NCBI GenBank assembly: GCA_018302765.1
Contig: JAGVZG010000001.1
Location: 4,482 to 68,481, forward strand
Length of the DNA stretch: 64,000 nt
From: Candidatus Woesearchaeota archaeon
GTDB taxonomy: Archaea > Nanobdellota > Nanobdellia > SCGC-AAA011-G17 > GW2011-AR18
Reading direction: 5' to 3'
Positions 1 to 10,365 of the stretch are shown piece by piece. The notes below the pieces were generated by a model. That model made no database searches and was not told the origin of the DNA. It saw only the letters and a program-made list of their open reading frames with translations. Both the position numbers and the translations under genes were made by a program. Every line of letters starts with the position of its first letter. The stretch's first letter is position 1.

Positions 1-24
1 TTATATTTATATAAATTCTTATAA

Positions 25-646
25 TTAGTAATACCACCTAGCTCTTCTATCTCTGCAATCAACGTGAGTAATAGTTGATCCTCTACCTATTCCTCCATTT
101 GCGAAAACTCTTTCAAATCTTTTTCTAATTTTAGGTTTGTTTAAAACATATATCAAATCAACAGCGTCTCCACTCTGGTGTCTGCTTAATTTTTTACCAC
201 CTGATTTTTTGTTGTAAGTTGTAGGTCTGTAACCAGAAGCTATTTCTAATTCTCCTGTACTTGGTCTTACTTTTTCAAGGTACTTTACAAGATCTGGATC
301 TAATACATCTAAAATAGTCTTCTTCACCTATTCTTTGTTTATATTTTTCTGGCACATCTTCTTGGTGGTGTATCAATGCAAACTCTCCAACATCAAAATG
401 TGGAGAAACTTTTTTGTCTAAGTCACTAGGCCTTACTCTTACTAGTTTATTTCCTGAATTATTTGGATCTCTAAAATATTTTTGAGGACAATCTTTATCA
501 TTAGGATTCGTTACAACTTCAAGTTTTAAGCCACTTGGATAAGTAACGTATTTCTTTTTTGGAACTCTTGCTCTAGTTCCGGCTTCTGCATCTCCAATAT
601 ATAGGGCATATCCTAGAATTAAAGGAATTAAAGTTTTATTTGTCAT
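25..646 (-). pseudogene. Secreted zinc peptidase M15 (VanY / D-Ala-D-Ala carboxypeptidase-like), split over two overlapping frames (275..646 and 25..327)
   Basis: The 123-aa upstream frame has an N-terminal signal-peptide-like hydrophobic stretch and SPHFDVGEF (the FxxxEF start of M15 domains). The 100-aa downstream frame has SGYR, SRHQSGDAVD (SxHxxGxAxD zinc site) and a terminal THVD His. The frames overlap at 275-327, which means a frameshift or sequencing error. Confidence 0.55.
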
Positions 647-702
647 GGAAAAACAAAAAAGTAATACTATTTAAAGTTTACTACTTGTTAGTGATATAGT
701 AA

Positions 703-1089
703 TTATTTTTCATATATAACGTCTTGGGCAGTACTAATTTGAGAAAATAGATTCATGTAGTCTTTATAATGTTTTGTTTGTTTTAGCGTATCTAATCTTC
801 TGTCAAGCACGTACAGCCTTTTTGGAGCTTTTTCTTTTATATCGTCTTCATTTTTTATATTTACTATTGAAATATTTGGCAGGAAGTCATCATTGTCTTC
901 ATATGATTTTTTCATATTTTTTACTTGTTTTAATAATTTTTCAATTAATAAGTTAAAATTTTCTTCTAAAATCATTTCCATAGGTAAAGAGGAACCGTCT
1001 GAGAAATTTATATTTAGGCTTAATCTGTGTGTTTTATGGTCAACTTTATTTAGAACTATTGCTGTCACCTCTAAATTTTTTACTTGCAT
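703..1089 (-). CDS. hypothetical protein
   Basis: 128-aa ORF with no recognisable motifs. Confidence 0.35.
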   Translation of the reverse strand: MQVKNLEVTAIVLNKVDHKTHRLSLNINFSDGSSLPMEMILEENFNLLIEKLLKQVKNMKKSYEDNDDFLPNISIVNIKNEDDIKEKAPKRLYVLDRRLDTLKQTKHYKDYMNLFSQISTAQDVIYEK

Positions 1090-1180
1090 AAGTTTTTTAG
1101 TTACAAACTTATTTAAATATATTTTGAAATTTATTTATAATTGATTATATTTAATTAAACATAATTTTTAGTAATAGAAG

Positions 1181-1435
1181 TTATTGTTTTTTGACTTTCT
1201 TTACTTTTATTACGTCTGATGGATCAGTTTCCCCTATAGAAAATAGATCTCCAAGGCGTGTGCTAATTGTATACGGTGCAAATTTACATACTGCTTCAAA
1301 TGTTGGCGTTTCTCTAAGTTTTTCGTAAGCGCTTTTATGTGTGTCTCCATCTAATAACGTTTCTCCCCTTACTGCAATTTTATTGCCGTTAGGCGTACCT
1401 GCTAAAAAGTTCCATCTAAAGTTATACATTGGCAT
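1181..1435 (-). CDS. small hypothetical protein immediately downstream of (same strand as) RNase P RNA
   Basis: 84-aa ORF of unknown family. Possibly co-transcribed with rnpB. Confidence 0.3.
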   Translation of the reverse strand: MPMYNFRWNFLAGTPNGNKIAVRGETLLDGDTHKSAYEKLRETPTFEAVCKFAPYTISTRLGDLFSIGETDPSDVIKVKKVKKQ

Positions 1436-1482
1436 AAATTTATTACTAATTGGTAGTATATAAATTTTTCTTTTTTAGGGAT

Positions 1483-1858
1483 TTGTAGGTAAGAAATAAG
1501 CCGCCTTTTGTCAAAACCAAACAACAATCATAAAGATTGATGCGATGCTTTGCCTTAACATTCTACTAAGCGTCTTTTAGACTTGCACCGACCAGGTCCA
1601 TCGTTTCATCGTTTCCTATAAGGACGTCAGCAGGTTATCTAAGTCCTGTCGCCAGAACCCTCACTGTATCATTCCAATCTTATAGGCCGTGCCGTTTCTC
1701 TATGGTTTCCTTTCATTACTGAAACTTTTTCAAGTAGCCCTCTTTCAGACTTGCCTTATTGGCAGTAGTGGGCGGACTTTCCTCACAATCCCTCAAAATT
1801 AGCTTTTTATAGCTTAAACCTTGGCAGGATGCGTTGGTTAAGTTTCTTACCTACTTGG
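1483..1858 (-). ncRNA. rnpB: RNase P RNA (archaeal type A-like)
   Basis: GC-rich island in an AT-rich genome. On the minus strand it reads ...AGGAAAGUCCGCCC... (P4 5' strand consensus GGAAAGUCCGG) and near the 3' end ACAAAAGGCGGCUUAU (P4 3' strand, consensus ACNGAAnnCGGCUUA). A 12-bp terminal P1 helix forms between GUAGGUAAGAAA and UUUCUUACCUAC. Confidence 0.8.
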
Positions 1859-1889
1859 ATTAATAGCATTAGAAAGTTTATAAGTGTTT

Positions 1890-3191
1890 TTAATTTCCTT
1901 TGAATATTGCTACAGACAATGGTATATTCTTAAAAATTTGTCTTGCAGCAAGCATAACATCTTCATGAGTTTGTTTTCTAAATATGTTTGTTATTCTATC
2001 ATAATTATATTCTGTTCCGTAAAAAGCATTTTGGGATAAATCCATCGCGAGCCCTTCTGATTCAGGCCCATTATAATCTCTTGCTATACTTAATAGTAAT
2101 GCTTTTTTGCATTTCTCAAATTCATTTTCTGGTATTTCTGAATTTCTCAATCTGTCAATTTCTTTTAACATTATTTTTTTTACATCATCAATATTTTTTG
2201 TTAATATTCCTTCACAAGTTATAGTACCCATTCCTAAATTATCACTATATAATTCTAAATCTGTTTTTATATTGTAAATCATTCTTCTTTTATCTCTTAA
2301 TTCCTTCCATAATCTGGAACTTGTCTGGTATTCTTTAAACATGCCTGCAAGATAAAGAATTAGTAATTGGTTTGCATATAAATATTTATTTTTATAGCCT
2401 CCAATTTGGAATGCTATAGAAACTTTGTTGTCTGCATGCCTTCTTGTTGATATTTCTTTTTCTTGATATTTAGCATTACCAATGTCGAAATTTTCAGTTC
2501 TTCCACCAATATCTCTAGGCAGTTTTCCAAAAGTATCATTTAATTTATCTATTAGTCTTTGAGTATCTGTTCCTGCTATTCCAATACATACGCCCTTTCC
2601 ACCAATATACTTTTCTTTTAATTCTTTTATTCTATCTGTTGTAAGTTTTAGAGTCCCTTGTCTTCTTTCTTTGCCTTGATTAAAATAAGTATGAGCTAAT
2701 AGGTTCTTTCTATGTATTAATTCTAATGTATATTCTGGATCCACTATTCTTTCTTGGAATTCTCCCAATATTACTGTTTTTTCTTCTTCAACTGTTTCAT
2801 CGTCTATTTGAGGATTTACTATGCTTTGATATAGAAGTTCTATAATTCTTGGAGTATTTGCTTCTACACCATTAACAATAAATTCCATTTGATCGTAGCC
2901 TGTGAATGCTTGATATCCACCCCCTAGTACTTCAATTTCTCTTTCTATTGAATCAGTTTCTTTTAGTCCTTTTTTGGCTCTGACAATCAGGTGTTCTAGC
3001 AAGTGAGAACCATGTAGGTCGTCTTTAAATCCAAAAGGAAATAGTACTGAGGCTGCTGCATCAAAACTTCTTGTTTTTCCAACATTTACTACTATGCCAT
3101 TATCTAGTTCTAAATACTCTGTCTGAGTAGGAGTTATTTTAATTCTTTTTGCTGGTAAAATTTTTTTTCTTGCTGAGCAATTGAATTTCAT
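1890..3191 (-). CDS. M16-family zinc metallopeptidase (pitrilysin/insulinase-like)
   Basis: Inverted zinc-binding motif HGSHLLEHL (HxxEH) near the N-terminus. Length 433 aa. Confidence 0.8.
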   Translation of the reverse strand: MKFNCSARKKILPAKRIKITPTQTEYLELDNGIVVNVGKTRSFDAAASVLFPFGFKDDLHGSHLLEHLIVRAKKGLKETDSIEREIEVLGGGYQAFTGYDQMEFIVNGVEANTPRIIELLYQSIVNPQIDDETVEEEKTVILGEFQERIVDPEYTLELIHRKNLLAHTYFNQGKERRQGTLKLTTDRIKELKEKYIGGKGVCIGIAGTDTQRLIDKLNDTFGKLPRDIGGRTENFDIGNAKYQEKEISTRRHADNKVSIAFQIGGYKNKYLYANQLLILYLAGMFKEYQTSSRLWKELRDKRRMIYNIKTDLELYSDNLGMGTITCEGILTKNIDDVKKIMLKEIDRLRNSEIPENEFEKCKKALLLSIARDYNGPESEGLAMDLSQNAFYGTEYNYDRITNIFRKQTHEDVMLAARQIFKNIPLSVAIFKGN

Positions 3192-3305
3192 ATTTTTATT
3201 CTTTTGAAAATATTTTTAAGGTTAACGTTTTATTTAACAATATTCTTTAAAATATATATTGGTTTTATAAAAACATTTATTAAGTCTATTTTTAACTTAG
3301 ATTTC

Positions 3306-3797
3306 ATGATTGAAAGAACTTTGATTTTGGTTAAGCCAGATGGGGTACAAAGGCATTTGGTTGGTGAGGTAATTTCTAGGTTTGAAAAAGCTGGTTTGAA
3401 GATTGTTGGTATGAAAATGGTGTGGTGCGACAAAGAACACGCTATGAAGCATTATACTGAAGATATAACTGTTAGAAGGGGAGAACATGTGAGAAATAAA
3501 CTTTTAAGATTTTTAGTTATGGGGCCTGTTGTTGCTTTATGCTTAGAAGGAATAGAGGCTGTAGATGTTGTAAGGAAAATTGTTGGAGATACGCAGCCTA
3601 AGACAGCTGCTCCTGGTACAATAAGAGGAGACTATGCACATATTTCTTATGCTTATGCTGATGCCCATGATAAAGCAATACCTAACTTAATACATGCTTC
3701 TGGAAATAAGGATGAGGCAAAAGCTGAGATTGCTTTATGGTTTAAAGATTCTGAACTATATAATTATAAATTACCACATGAAGAACATATTTTATAA
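3306..3797 (+). CDS. ndk: nucleoside diphosphate kinase
   Basis: ERTLILVKPDGVQR, GDTQP and an HASGN...EIALWF C-terminus. The true start is the internal Met of the 3204 ORF. Confidence 0.85.
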   Translation: MIERTLILVKPDGVQRHLVGEVISRFEKAGLKIVGMKMVWCDKEHAMKHYTEDITVRRGEHVRNKLLRFLVMGPVVALCLEGIEAVDVVRKIVGDTQPKTAAPGTIRGDYAHISYAYADAHDKAIPNLIHASGNKDEAKAEIALWFKDSELYNYKLPHEEHIL

Positions 3798-3881
3798 ATT
3801 TAGAAAATCATCTAAGAATAAATCCAAATATTTCTAAGAAATAATTTTAGCAACTTTTCAAAATCTAAATTTATTTTATAA

Positions 3882-4568
3882 TTAAATTATAGCAACAACT
3901 ACTGCTCCTAGAACTACAGATGCAACTACATAAATATTGAATTTCTTGTGAGCTTCTGGAAGCAGATCACTTGCTCCTACGTATAGAAATGTTCCTGCTG
4001 CAAATGCCAGAATTATTGGAAGAGAAGACATTGGAAATAATGGTGCAAGCAAAACCCCTAAAGGAGTAAAAAATGCATCAACAGCCAATGCTGATACTGC
4101 TGCCTTGTTTGTCTTTTTAGCTGCTTTCATTATTATTGTTGTTGAAAAGCCCCTAGGTATTTCGTGCACTAAAACAGCTGCAGCTATAGTAATACCAAGT
4201 CCGGGATTTATTACATAACCTGCTGCAATAATAAGGCCATCTGCCAGACTTTCTGTCGCTATTCCTATTAATGCAGGCCATCCTGTTGGATGTACTTCAC
4301 ATTCGTGTTCTCCGCATGCATATATTAGAACTAGTTTTTCTATAAGATAAATTAGAAAAAAACCAGCAGCTATAGCTATTGGATATTTTATTCCTGCTTC
4401 TGGCAGCAAATCAAAAATTGCGATTGATATAATTGCTCCTGAAGAAAAACCCACTAGATATCTTATGTCTATCTTTTTGAATAATTTTGTTAATGGAAGT
4501 AAACCTCCTAGAAATGTTGCTATAGAAATAATTAGTGCAATAATAAATGCAATTATTATCGACTGCAT
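3882..4568 (-). CDS. ZIP-family (ZupT-like) metal transporter
   Basis: Polytopic membrane protein with HECEVH and LVHEIPRGF motifs typical of ZIP transporters. Confidence 0.7.
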   Translation of the reverse strand: MQSIIIAFIIALIISIATFLGGLLPLTKLFKKIDIRYLVGFSSGAIISIAIFDLLPEAGIKYPIAIAAGFFLIYLIEKLVLIYACGEHECEVHPTGWPALIGIATESLADGLIIAAGYVINPGLGITIAAAVLVHEIPRGFSTTIIMKAAKKTNKAAVSALAVDAFFTPLGVLLAPLFPMSSLPIILAFAAGTFLYVGASDLLPEAHKKFNIYVVASVVLGAVVVAII

Positions 4569-4649
4569 ATTAAGTTAGAATTTGAATTCTTAATAAAATT
4601 ATCTAATGCAATAAAAACCTTAATAAATTAAGTTTAAGTCATAATATCA

Positions 4650-7166
4650 ATGCTTACCGATAAAGAACAAAAAAAGGAATTTAAGAAAATAGCTAGTAAA
4701 AATCCTGAAAAGTATTATGCAGTTGAATATTTAAAAAAGGAGGGATTTTTGAGGAAGCAGTGTTCCAAATGCAGTAAATTTTTTTGGAGTGTAAACAATA
4801 ATCAAGATGTTTGTGGTGATTCTAGTTGTTCAGGTGGTTTTAGATTTATAGGTAACACTCCTGCAAAAAATAAATTGAGCTATATTGATGTTTGGAAGGA
4901 ATTTTCTTCTATGTTTAAGAAACTAGGCTATGTACCTATTCACAGATATCCTGTTGTTGCAAGGTGGAATCCAACTACAGATTTTACTATTGCGAGCATA
5001 TCTGCTTTTCAGCCATTTGTTGTTTCTGGTGAAGTAAAACCTCCAGCTAGTTCATTAGTTATTCCTCAATTTTGTTTAAGATTTGTAGATATAGATAATA
5101 TTGGAATTACTGGGGCTCATAATATTGGTTTTGTAATGATAGGACAGCATCAGTTTGTTACAAAAAAAGAATGGAATCAGAATAAAGTCTTTGGAGATAT
5201 ACATAATTGGTTGAAAAAAGGATTGGGCTTACCAGATGAAGAAATTACTTTTCATGAAGATGCATGGGCTGGTGGTGGAAACTTTGGACCTTGCATGGAA
5301 TTTTTTTCCAGAGGTGTAGAAATAGGAAACCAAGTTTATATGATGTATGAACAAACTTCCAATGGCAATAAAGAGTTAGATATAAAAGTTTTAGATATGG
5401 GAATGGGACAAGAGAGATGTGCTTGGTTTTCTCAGGGGTGCGCTACAATTTATGACGCTACTTTCCCTAAAGTTATGAAGACTTTGTATAAAATAAGTGG
5501 CTTAGAAGTAGATGAAAAATTAATGGCAAGGTTTATTCCTTATGCCAGTTATTTGAATGTAGATGAAGTTGAAGACCTAGAAAAAGCTTGGAAAGAAGTA
5601 GCTAAAAATGTAGGAATAGATGCTGATGAACTAAAGAAAAGAATTTTACCTTTAAGTGCTTTGTATAGCATCGGAGAACATTCCAGAGCTTTATTATTTG
5701 CTTTAAATGATGGAGGATTGCCTAGTAATGTTGGTGGCGGTTATAATTTAAGGATATTAGCTAGGAGGTGCTTTGATTTTATTGAGAAATATGGTTGGAA
5801 GATTAATTTGTTTAGTATTTGTGAAGAGCATACCAAAGAATTAAAACAACAATATCCTGAGCTACTTGAAAATTTAGATGAAGTTAAGAAAATTTTAAAC
5901 GTTGAAAAAATTAAATATGATGCTAATAAGCAGAAAGCCAGAGTTATTGTTGATAAAATTGTTAAAGACAAAGAGAAGATTGATACTGAAAAGTTAATTG
6001 ATCTTTATGATAGTAATGGGATTTCTCCTGATACAATAAAGAGTGAATTAGCTAAGGTTGGAGTAAATATTAAGATTCCTGATAATTTTTATTTACTTGT
6101 TACAACTAGACATGAACATAAAGAACAAGAACACCAAACTAAGAAAGAAGAAGTTTTGAACTTAGATGGAATTTTAGAAACTAAAGCCTTGTATTTTGAT
6201 AATTATAAATTAATTGAATTTAAAGGAAAAGTTCTGAAAATTATTGGAAATAAAGTTATTTTAGATCAGACTATATTTTATCCTACTTCTGGTGGGCAGT
6301 TACATGATATTGGAAATGTAAACGGAATTAAAGTTGTAGACGTATTTAAACAAGGTAAAGTTATAATTCATGTTTTAGGAGATGCTTCAAAATTTAAAGT
6401 TGGTGAAACTGTTAGTGGTAAGATTAATTTTGTAAGGAGATTGCAATTAGCTCAACATCATACTTCTACACATATAGTAAATGCAGCTGCAAGAAAGGTT
6501 TTGGGAAAACATGTTAATCAAGCAGGAGCAAAAAAAACTGTTGAGAAAGCCCATATAGATATTACGCATTATCAGAGTTTAACAGAAGAAGAGCTGAAGA
6601 ATATCGAGGATGAAGCAAATAAAATTGTAAAACAGAGTGTTATTATTAAGAAAAGCTTTATGCCTAGGGAAGAGGCTGAAAAGAAATATGGATTTACTAT
6701 TTACCAAGGTGGCGTTCCTATAGGACATGACTTAAGAATAATTAATATAGTTGGAGTTGATGTTGAGGCTTGCGGCGGAACTCATTTAGATAATACAAAA
6801 GAAGCTGAGAAAATAAAGATATTAAAGTCTACAAAAGTTTCAGATTCTATTGTTAGAATAGAATTTGTTGCTGGAAAAGCTGCTTTTGAAGAGGAAAATA
6901 AAGATCTTAGAATTTTAAATGAATTAGCTGTTTTATTAAATTGTGAGAGGAAGCAGATTCCTGAAAGACTGCAAGAGTTATTCAACATTTGGAAAAATGT
7001 TGTTAAGAAAGGAAAAACATTGAATAAATTTCAGTTAACAAGCACTGGTAAATATGAAGGGGACTTAATTGAGAAGTCTGTTGAAATCCTTAAGACACAG
7101 CCTGAGCATTTAGTAAATACTGTTAAAAGATTTATTAAGGAAATAAATGAGAAAATAAATAGGTAA
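4650..7166 (+). CDS. alaS: alanyl-tRNA synthetase (archaeal type)
   Basis: 838 aa with an archaeal AlaRS N-terminus and the editing-domain motif HHTSTH...CGGTH. Confidence 0.95.
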   Translation: MLTDKEQKKEFKKIASKNPEKYYAVEYLKKEGFLRKQCSKCSKFFWSVNNNQDVCGDSSCSGGFRFIGNTPAKNKLSYIDVWKEFSSMFKKLGYVPIHRYPVVARWNPTTDFTIASISAFQPFVVSGEVKPPASSLVIPQFCLRFVDIDNIGITGAHNIGFVMIGQHQFVTKKEWNQNKVFGDIHNWLKKGLGLPDEEITFHEDAWAGGGNFGPCMEFFSRGVEIGNQVYMMYEQTSNGNKELDIKVLDMGMGQERCAWFSQGCATIYDATFPKVMKTLYKISGLEVDEKLMARFIPYASYLNVDEVEDLEKAWKEVAKNVGIDADELKKRILPLSALYSIGEHSRALLFALNDGGLPSNVGGGYNLRILARRCFDFIEKYGWKINLFSICEEHTKELKQQYPELLENLDEVKKILNVEKIKYDANKQKARVIVDKIVKDKEKIDTEKLIDLYDSNGISPDTIKSELAKVGVNIKIPDNFYLLVTTRHEHKEQEHQTKKEEVLNLDGILETKALYFDNYKLIEFKGKVLKIIGNKVILDQTIFYPTSGGQLHDIGNVNGIKVVDVFKQGKVIIHVLGDASKFKVGETVSGKINFVRRLQLAQHHTSTHIVNAAARKVLGKHVNQAGAKKTVEKAHIDITHYQSLTEEELKNIEDEANKIVKQSVIIKKSFMPREEAEKKYGFTIYQGGVPIGHDLRIINIVGVDVEACGGTHLDNTKEAEKIKILKSTKVSDSIVRIEFVAGKAAFEEENKDLRILNELAVLLNCERKQIPERLQELFNIWKNVVKKGKTLNKFQLTSTGKYEGDLIEKSVEILKTQPEHLVNTVKRFIKEINEKINR

Positions 7167-7169
7167 TTT

Positions 7170-7706
7170 TTACAATGAGCTAGCATCGACTACATCTTTG
7201 CAAGGTACTTCTTTTGGTATATTATATTGTGTTGCTTTAGTGCATAAGTTAATTTTTCTGTCTCTAACTACGCACATAGAACTGTCTTTATTACTAGTTT
7301 CTCCGGGTTTTCTTAAGACTTCTCTGTAAGGCACAGTTTCGCCTAATCCTATTCTAGTACTATTAAAATAATCGTTTTTTCCATCACCGTCTGTGTCACA
7401 TGCTTTAAACACTTCTGTGTGGCCTGCTTTTGGGTTTTTTGGATCGTAAACCACTATAGGAGCAGATTCTTGGCATCTGCCAGCTTTTGCTGCTGCTTCT
7501 ACGTTATAAACAAATCTTTGGTTTGTATAATTTAATCCATCAAGACTCATTTTCATTTCTAAAGTTGGATTTTTGTTAGAAGATGCAATTGGCGTTACAG
7601 GCATTGGGCATGTAGCGCTTATACAGCCGTAAAGCATACCTGTAAATAGAATTAATAGTGCACTATTTGGATTTTTCATTTTATCACCATTGTTAAGTGG
7701 ATACAA
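7170..7706 (-). CDS. secreted Cys-rich hypothetical protein
   Basis: N-terminal hydrophobic signal (start likely at internal Met MKNPNSALLILF) and many Cys residues. No known domain. Confidence 0.4.
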   Translation of the reverse strand: MYPLNNGDKMKNPNSALLILFTGMLYGCISATCPMPVTPIASSNKNPTLEMKMSLDGLNYTNQRFVYNVEAAAKAGRCQESAPIVVYDPKNPKAGHTEVFKACDTDGDGKNDYFNSTRIGLGETVPYREVLRKPGETSNKDSSMCVVRDRKINLCTKATQYNIPKEVPCKDVVDASSL

Positions 7707-7828
7707 TATAAGAATGGTAATTTATATAGTTTTCGGTCTTTATTTTTATATTGCTTGATTTTATTGACTAATTTATAGAAATACTTATAAATTTTTTACT
7801 AATGTTTGCAATGTACTTTGGAGGAAAA

Positions 7829-9463
7829 ATGACGCAACAACAACCAATTTTTATTTTAGCTGAAGGTTCTCAAAGAACTGTTGGAAAAGACGCACAAAGA
7901 AATAACATTATGGCTGCAAAACTTGTAGCAGAAACTGTAAGGACTACTTTAGGACCTAAGGGCATGGATAAAATGCTTGTTGATTCTTTAGGAGACATTA
8001 TTGTTACTAATGATGGGGTTACAATACTGCAAGAGATGCAGATTGAGCATCCTGCTGCCAAGATGATTGTAGAAGTTGCAAAGACACAGGAAAATGAAGT
8101 TGGAGATGGAACTACTACTGCAGTTATTCTTGCAGGTGAATTATTAAAGAATGCTGAAAGATTACTGGAAAAAGAAATACATCCAACAGTTATTACAAAA
8201 GGCTATAGAATGGCTGCTGAAAAGGCCCAGGAAGTACTTCAAAATATTGCAGAGGATGTTTCTATTAAAGATTTAGGATTATTGAAGAATATAGCAATGA
8301 CTGCCATGACAGGAAAAGGTGCAGAGGTTGCAAAAGAAAACTTGAGTGACTTGATTGTGAATGCAATTAAACATGTTTATGAGGAGAATGGAAATGAATT
8401 AATAATAAATGTTGACGATATAAAACTTGAGAAGAAAGTTGGGGCAGGCATTGAGGATTCTGAGTTAATAGATGGCATTGTTTTGGATAAAGAGAAATTA
8501 CATCCGAATATGCCTAGAACTGTTAAAGATGCTAAAATTTTATTGTTAGATTTAGCTTTGGAAGTTAAGAGCACTGAAGTAGATGCAAAGATACAAATTA
8601 CAGATCCTTCGCAAATGCAGGCGTTTATCGATATGGAAGACAAAATGCTTAGAAACATGGTTGAGAAGGTTGTAAGATCTGGAGCTAATGTAGTTTTCTG
8701 CCAGAAGGGTGTTGATGATTTAGTCCAGCATTACTTGGCTAAGAATGGAATATATGCTGCTAGGAGAATAAAGAAGAGTGACATGGAAAAATTATCAAGA
8801 GCAATAAATGGCAGTATTGTAAGTAATTTAGATGACTTAAACAGTAAGGATTTAGGCTATGCTGCTTTAGTTGAGGAAAAGAAGTTTGGAGACGAAGAGA
8901 TGACTTATGTTACTGGCTGCAAGAAAGCTAAGTCAGTAACTTTATTGATAAGAGGTGGAACTTCGCATGTAGTTGATGAAGTTGAGAGAGCAATTAAAGA
9001 CGCTATTGGTGATGTTTCTGCTTCACTGAAAATAAGTAAGGTTGTTGCTGGCGCTGGTGCTGCAGAGGTTGAGGTTGCAAGGGCGCTTAGGAAATTTGCA
9101 AATTCATTAAGTGGAAGAGAACAGCTTGCAGTTTTGGCTTTTGCTGATGCTTTAGAAGTTATTCCAATAACTTTGGCTGAGAACGCAGGCCTTGATCCTA
9201 TAGATAGTTTGACTGAGTTAAAGGCCAGCCATGACAAAGGCCAGAAATGGGCTGGTTTAGACGTATTTAGTGGAAAGGTGGTTGATGCCTGGAAAAGAGG
9301 AGTTATAGAACCATTAAAGATTAAGACTCAGGCTATAAAATCAGCTTCCGAAGTTGCAGAATTAATATTAAGGATAGATGACGTGTTGGCTGCTGGCTCA
9401 AAAGGCGGAAGCGGTCCTGCAATTCCTCCTGGAATGGGCCATGGTGACTTTGGCGGAGAATAA
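7829..9463 (+). CDS. ths: thermosome subunit (group II chaperonin)
   Basis: Characteristic N-terminus [12 protein letters not shown], a GDGTTT ATP-binding motif and a Gly/Met-rich C-terminal tail [18 protein letters not shown]. Confidence 0.95.
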   Translation: MTQQQPIFILAEGSQRTVGKDAQRNNIMAAKLVAETVRTTLGPKGMDKMLVDSLGDIIVTNDGVTILQEMQIEHPAAKMIVEVAKTQENEVGDGTTTAVILAGELLKNAERLLEKEIHPTVITKGYRMAAEKAQEVLQNIAEDVSIKDLGLLKNIAMTAMTGKGAEVAKENLSDLIVNAIKHVYEENGNELIINVDDIKLEKKVGAGIEDSELIDGIVLDKEKLHPNMPRTVKDAKILLLDLALEVKSTEVDAKIQITDPSQMQAFIDMEDKMLRNMVEKVVRSGANVVFCQKGVDDLVQHYLAKNGIYAARRIKKSDMEKLSRAINGSIVSNLDDLNSKDLGYAALVEEKKFGDEEMTYVTGCKKAKSVTLLIRGGTSHVVDEVERAIKDAIGDVSASLKISKVVAGAGAAEVEVARALRKFANSLSGREQLAVLAFADALEVIPITLAENAGLDPIDSLTELKASHDKGQKWAGLDVFSGKVVDAWKRGVIEPLKIKTQAIKSASEVAELILRIDDVLAAGSKGGSGPAIPPGMGHGDFGGE

Positions 9464-9785
9464 TTATAATAGTTTAAGTAGAAGAGAAGTTCCAGAACGC
9501 ATTAGGAGTTCTTTAGACAGGCAATTAGAGGATTATTTGTTAGTTACTTTTACTTCTTTAGATTTTACTTTGTTATGCAAAGAGTATTATTTCAGAAGAG
9601 AAAATCATGAAGGAGAATTGTACAATTGTTATTATTTAGGTATTTCAGTAATTTCATGTGAAACTAAGGCTTTCGTTAATACTTCTGCTACTTTCTTTGA
9701 TGGCTACAAAGTTGAATCTTCCTAAAATGTTGGATTATATTTTGCACCAGATAAAAAATTTATAAATAAATATATAAAATAAATT

Positions 9786-10360
9786 TTGATGGAAAGTAAT
9801 TTTTTGGGTAGAAAAGTTGATTTTGATGTAGGTTCTGATCGCGTTGAGTTTGGCAATGAATTTTTACGTGCCTGGAGAGAAGAAGGCTTTGTAGCTGTGC
9901 GTAATTATAATTATGAATTGACAGGTCTTAGAAATAATGTTTATTCTTTATTTAGAGAATTTTGCAATCTTCCTCTGGACGTTAAGATGAAATATTACGA
10001 TCCTAAAGTTGGAGGACAAAGAAGCTATATTCCTAATGATGTTGGTTCTTCTTCTGGCGGAAAGTATACTGATTGCAGAGAGCATTTGATGATTGGTCCT
10101 AGAATTCCAAATGGATGTCCATTAGCAAGATGCAGACCTTATTTTTACCTTCCCAATAAAAATATTGAAGAAGTTCCAGGTTTGGTAGAGTGCTCTGAAA
10201 ATTTGTTAGAGTAAAGAGTTTTGTTCTTGATGAATTACCTCATGATGACGTTGTGGTTGGAGACATCTTGAGATGGGAAGAAAAAACTGGCAATTATAAA
10301 CTAATTAATTATGTAAACTCTCCTGACGACTACAATAGAATATTACAACATGGTTATTAA
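9786..10360 (+). pseudogene. remnant of a 2-oxoglutarate/Fe(II)-dependent oxygenase (N-terminal DIOX_N-like part intact, remainder frameshifted/truncated)
   Basis: The 142-aa ORF has a DIOX_N-like pattern (EFGNEFLRAWREEGFVAVRNY). A following +1-frame fragment ...LPHDDVVVGDILRWEE resembles the HxD...vvNiGD core but is only ~50 aa long. No intact catalytic domain remains. Confidence 0.35.
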
Positions 10361-10365
10361 TGCCA

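Noticed and set aside
774-1144. Two plus-strand ORFs (60 and 83 aa) overlapping the 703..1089 minus-strand gene
   Set aside because: Phe/Leu/Ile-rich antisense artefacts of AT-rich DNA.
9378-9725. 115-aa ORF overlapping the 3' end of the thermosome gene and running into the following spacer
   Set aside because: Out of frame with the well-supported thermosome CDS and has no motifs. The region is better explained as a decayed spacer or gene remnant.
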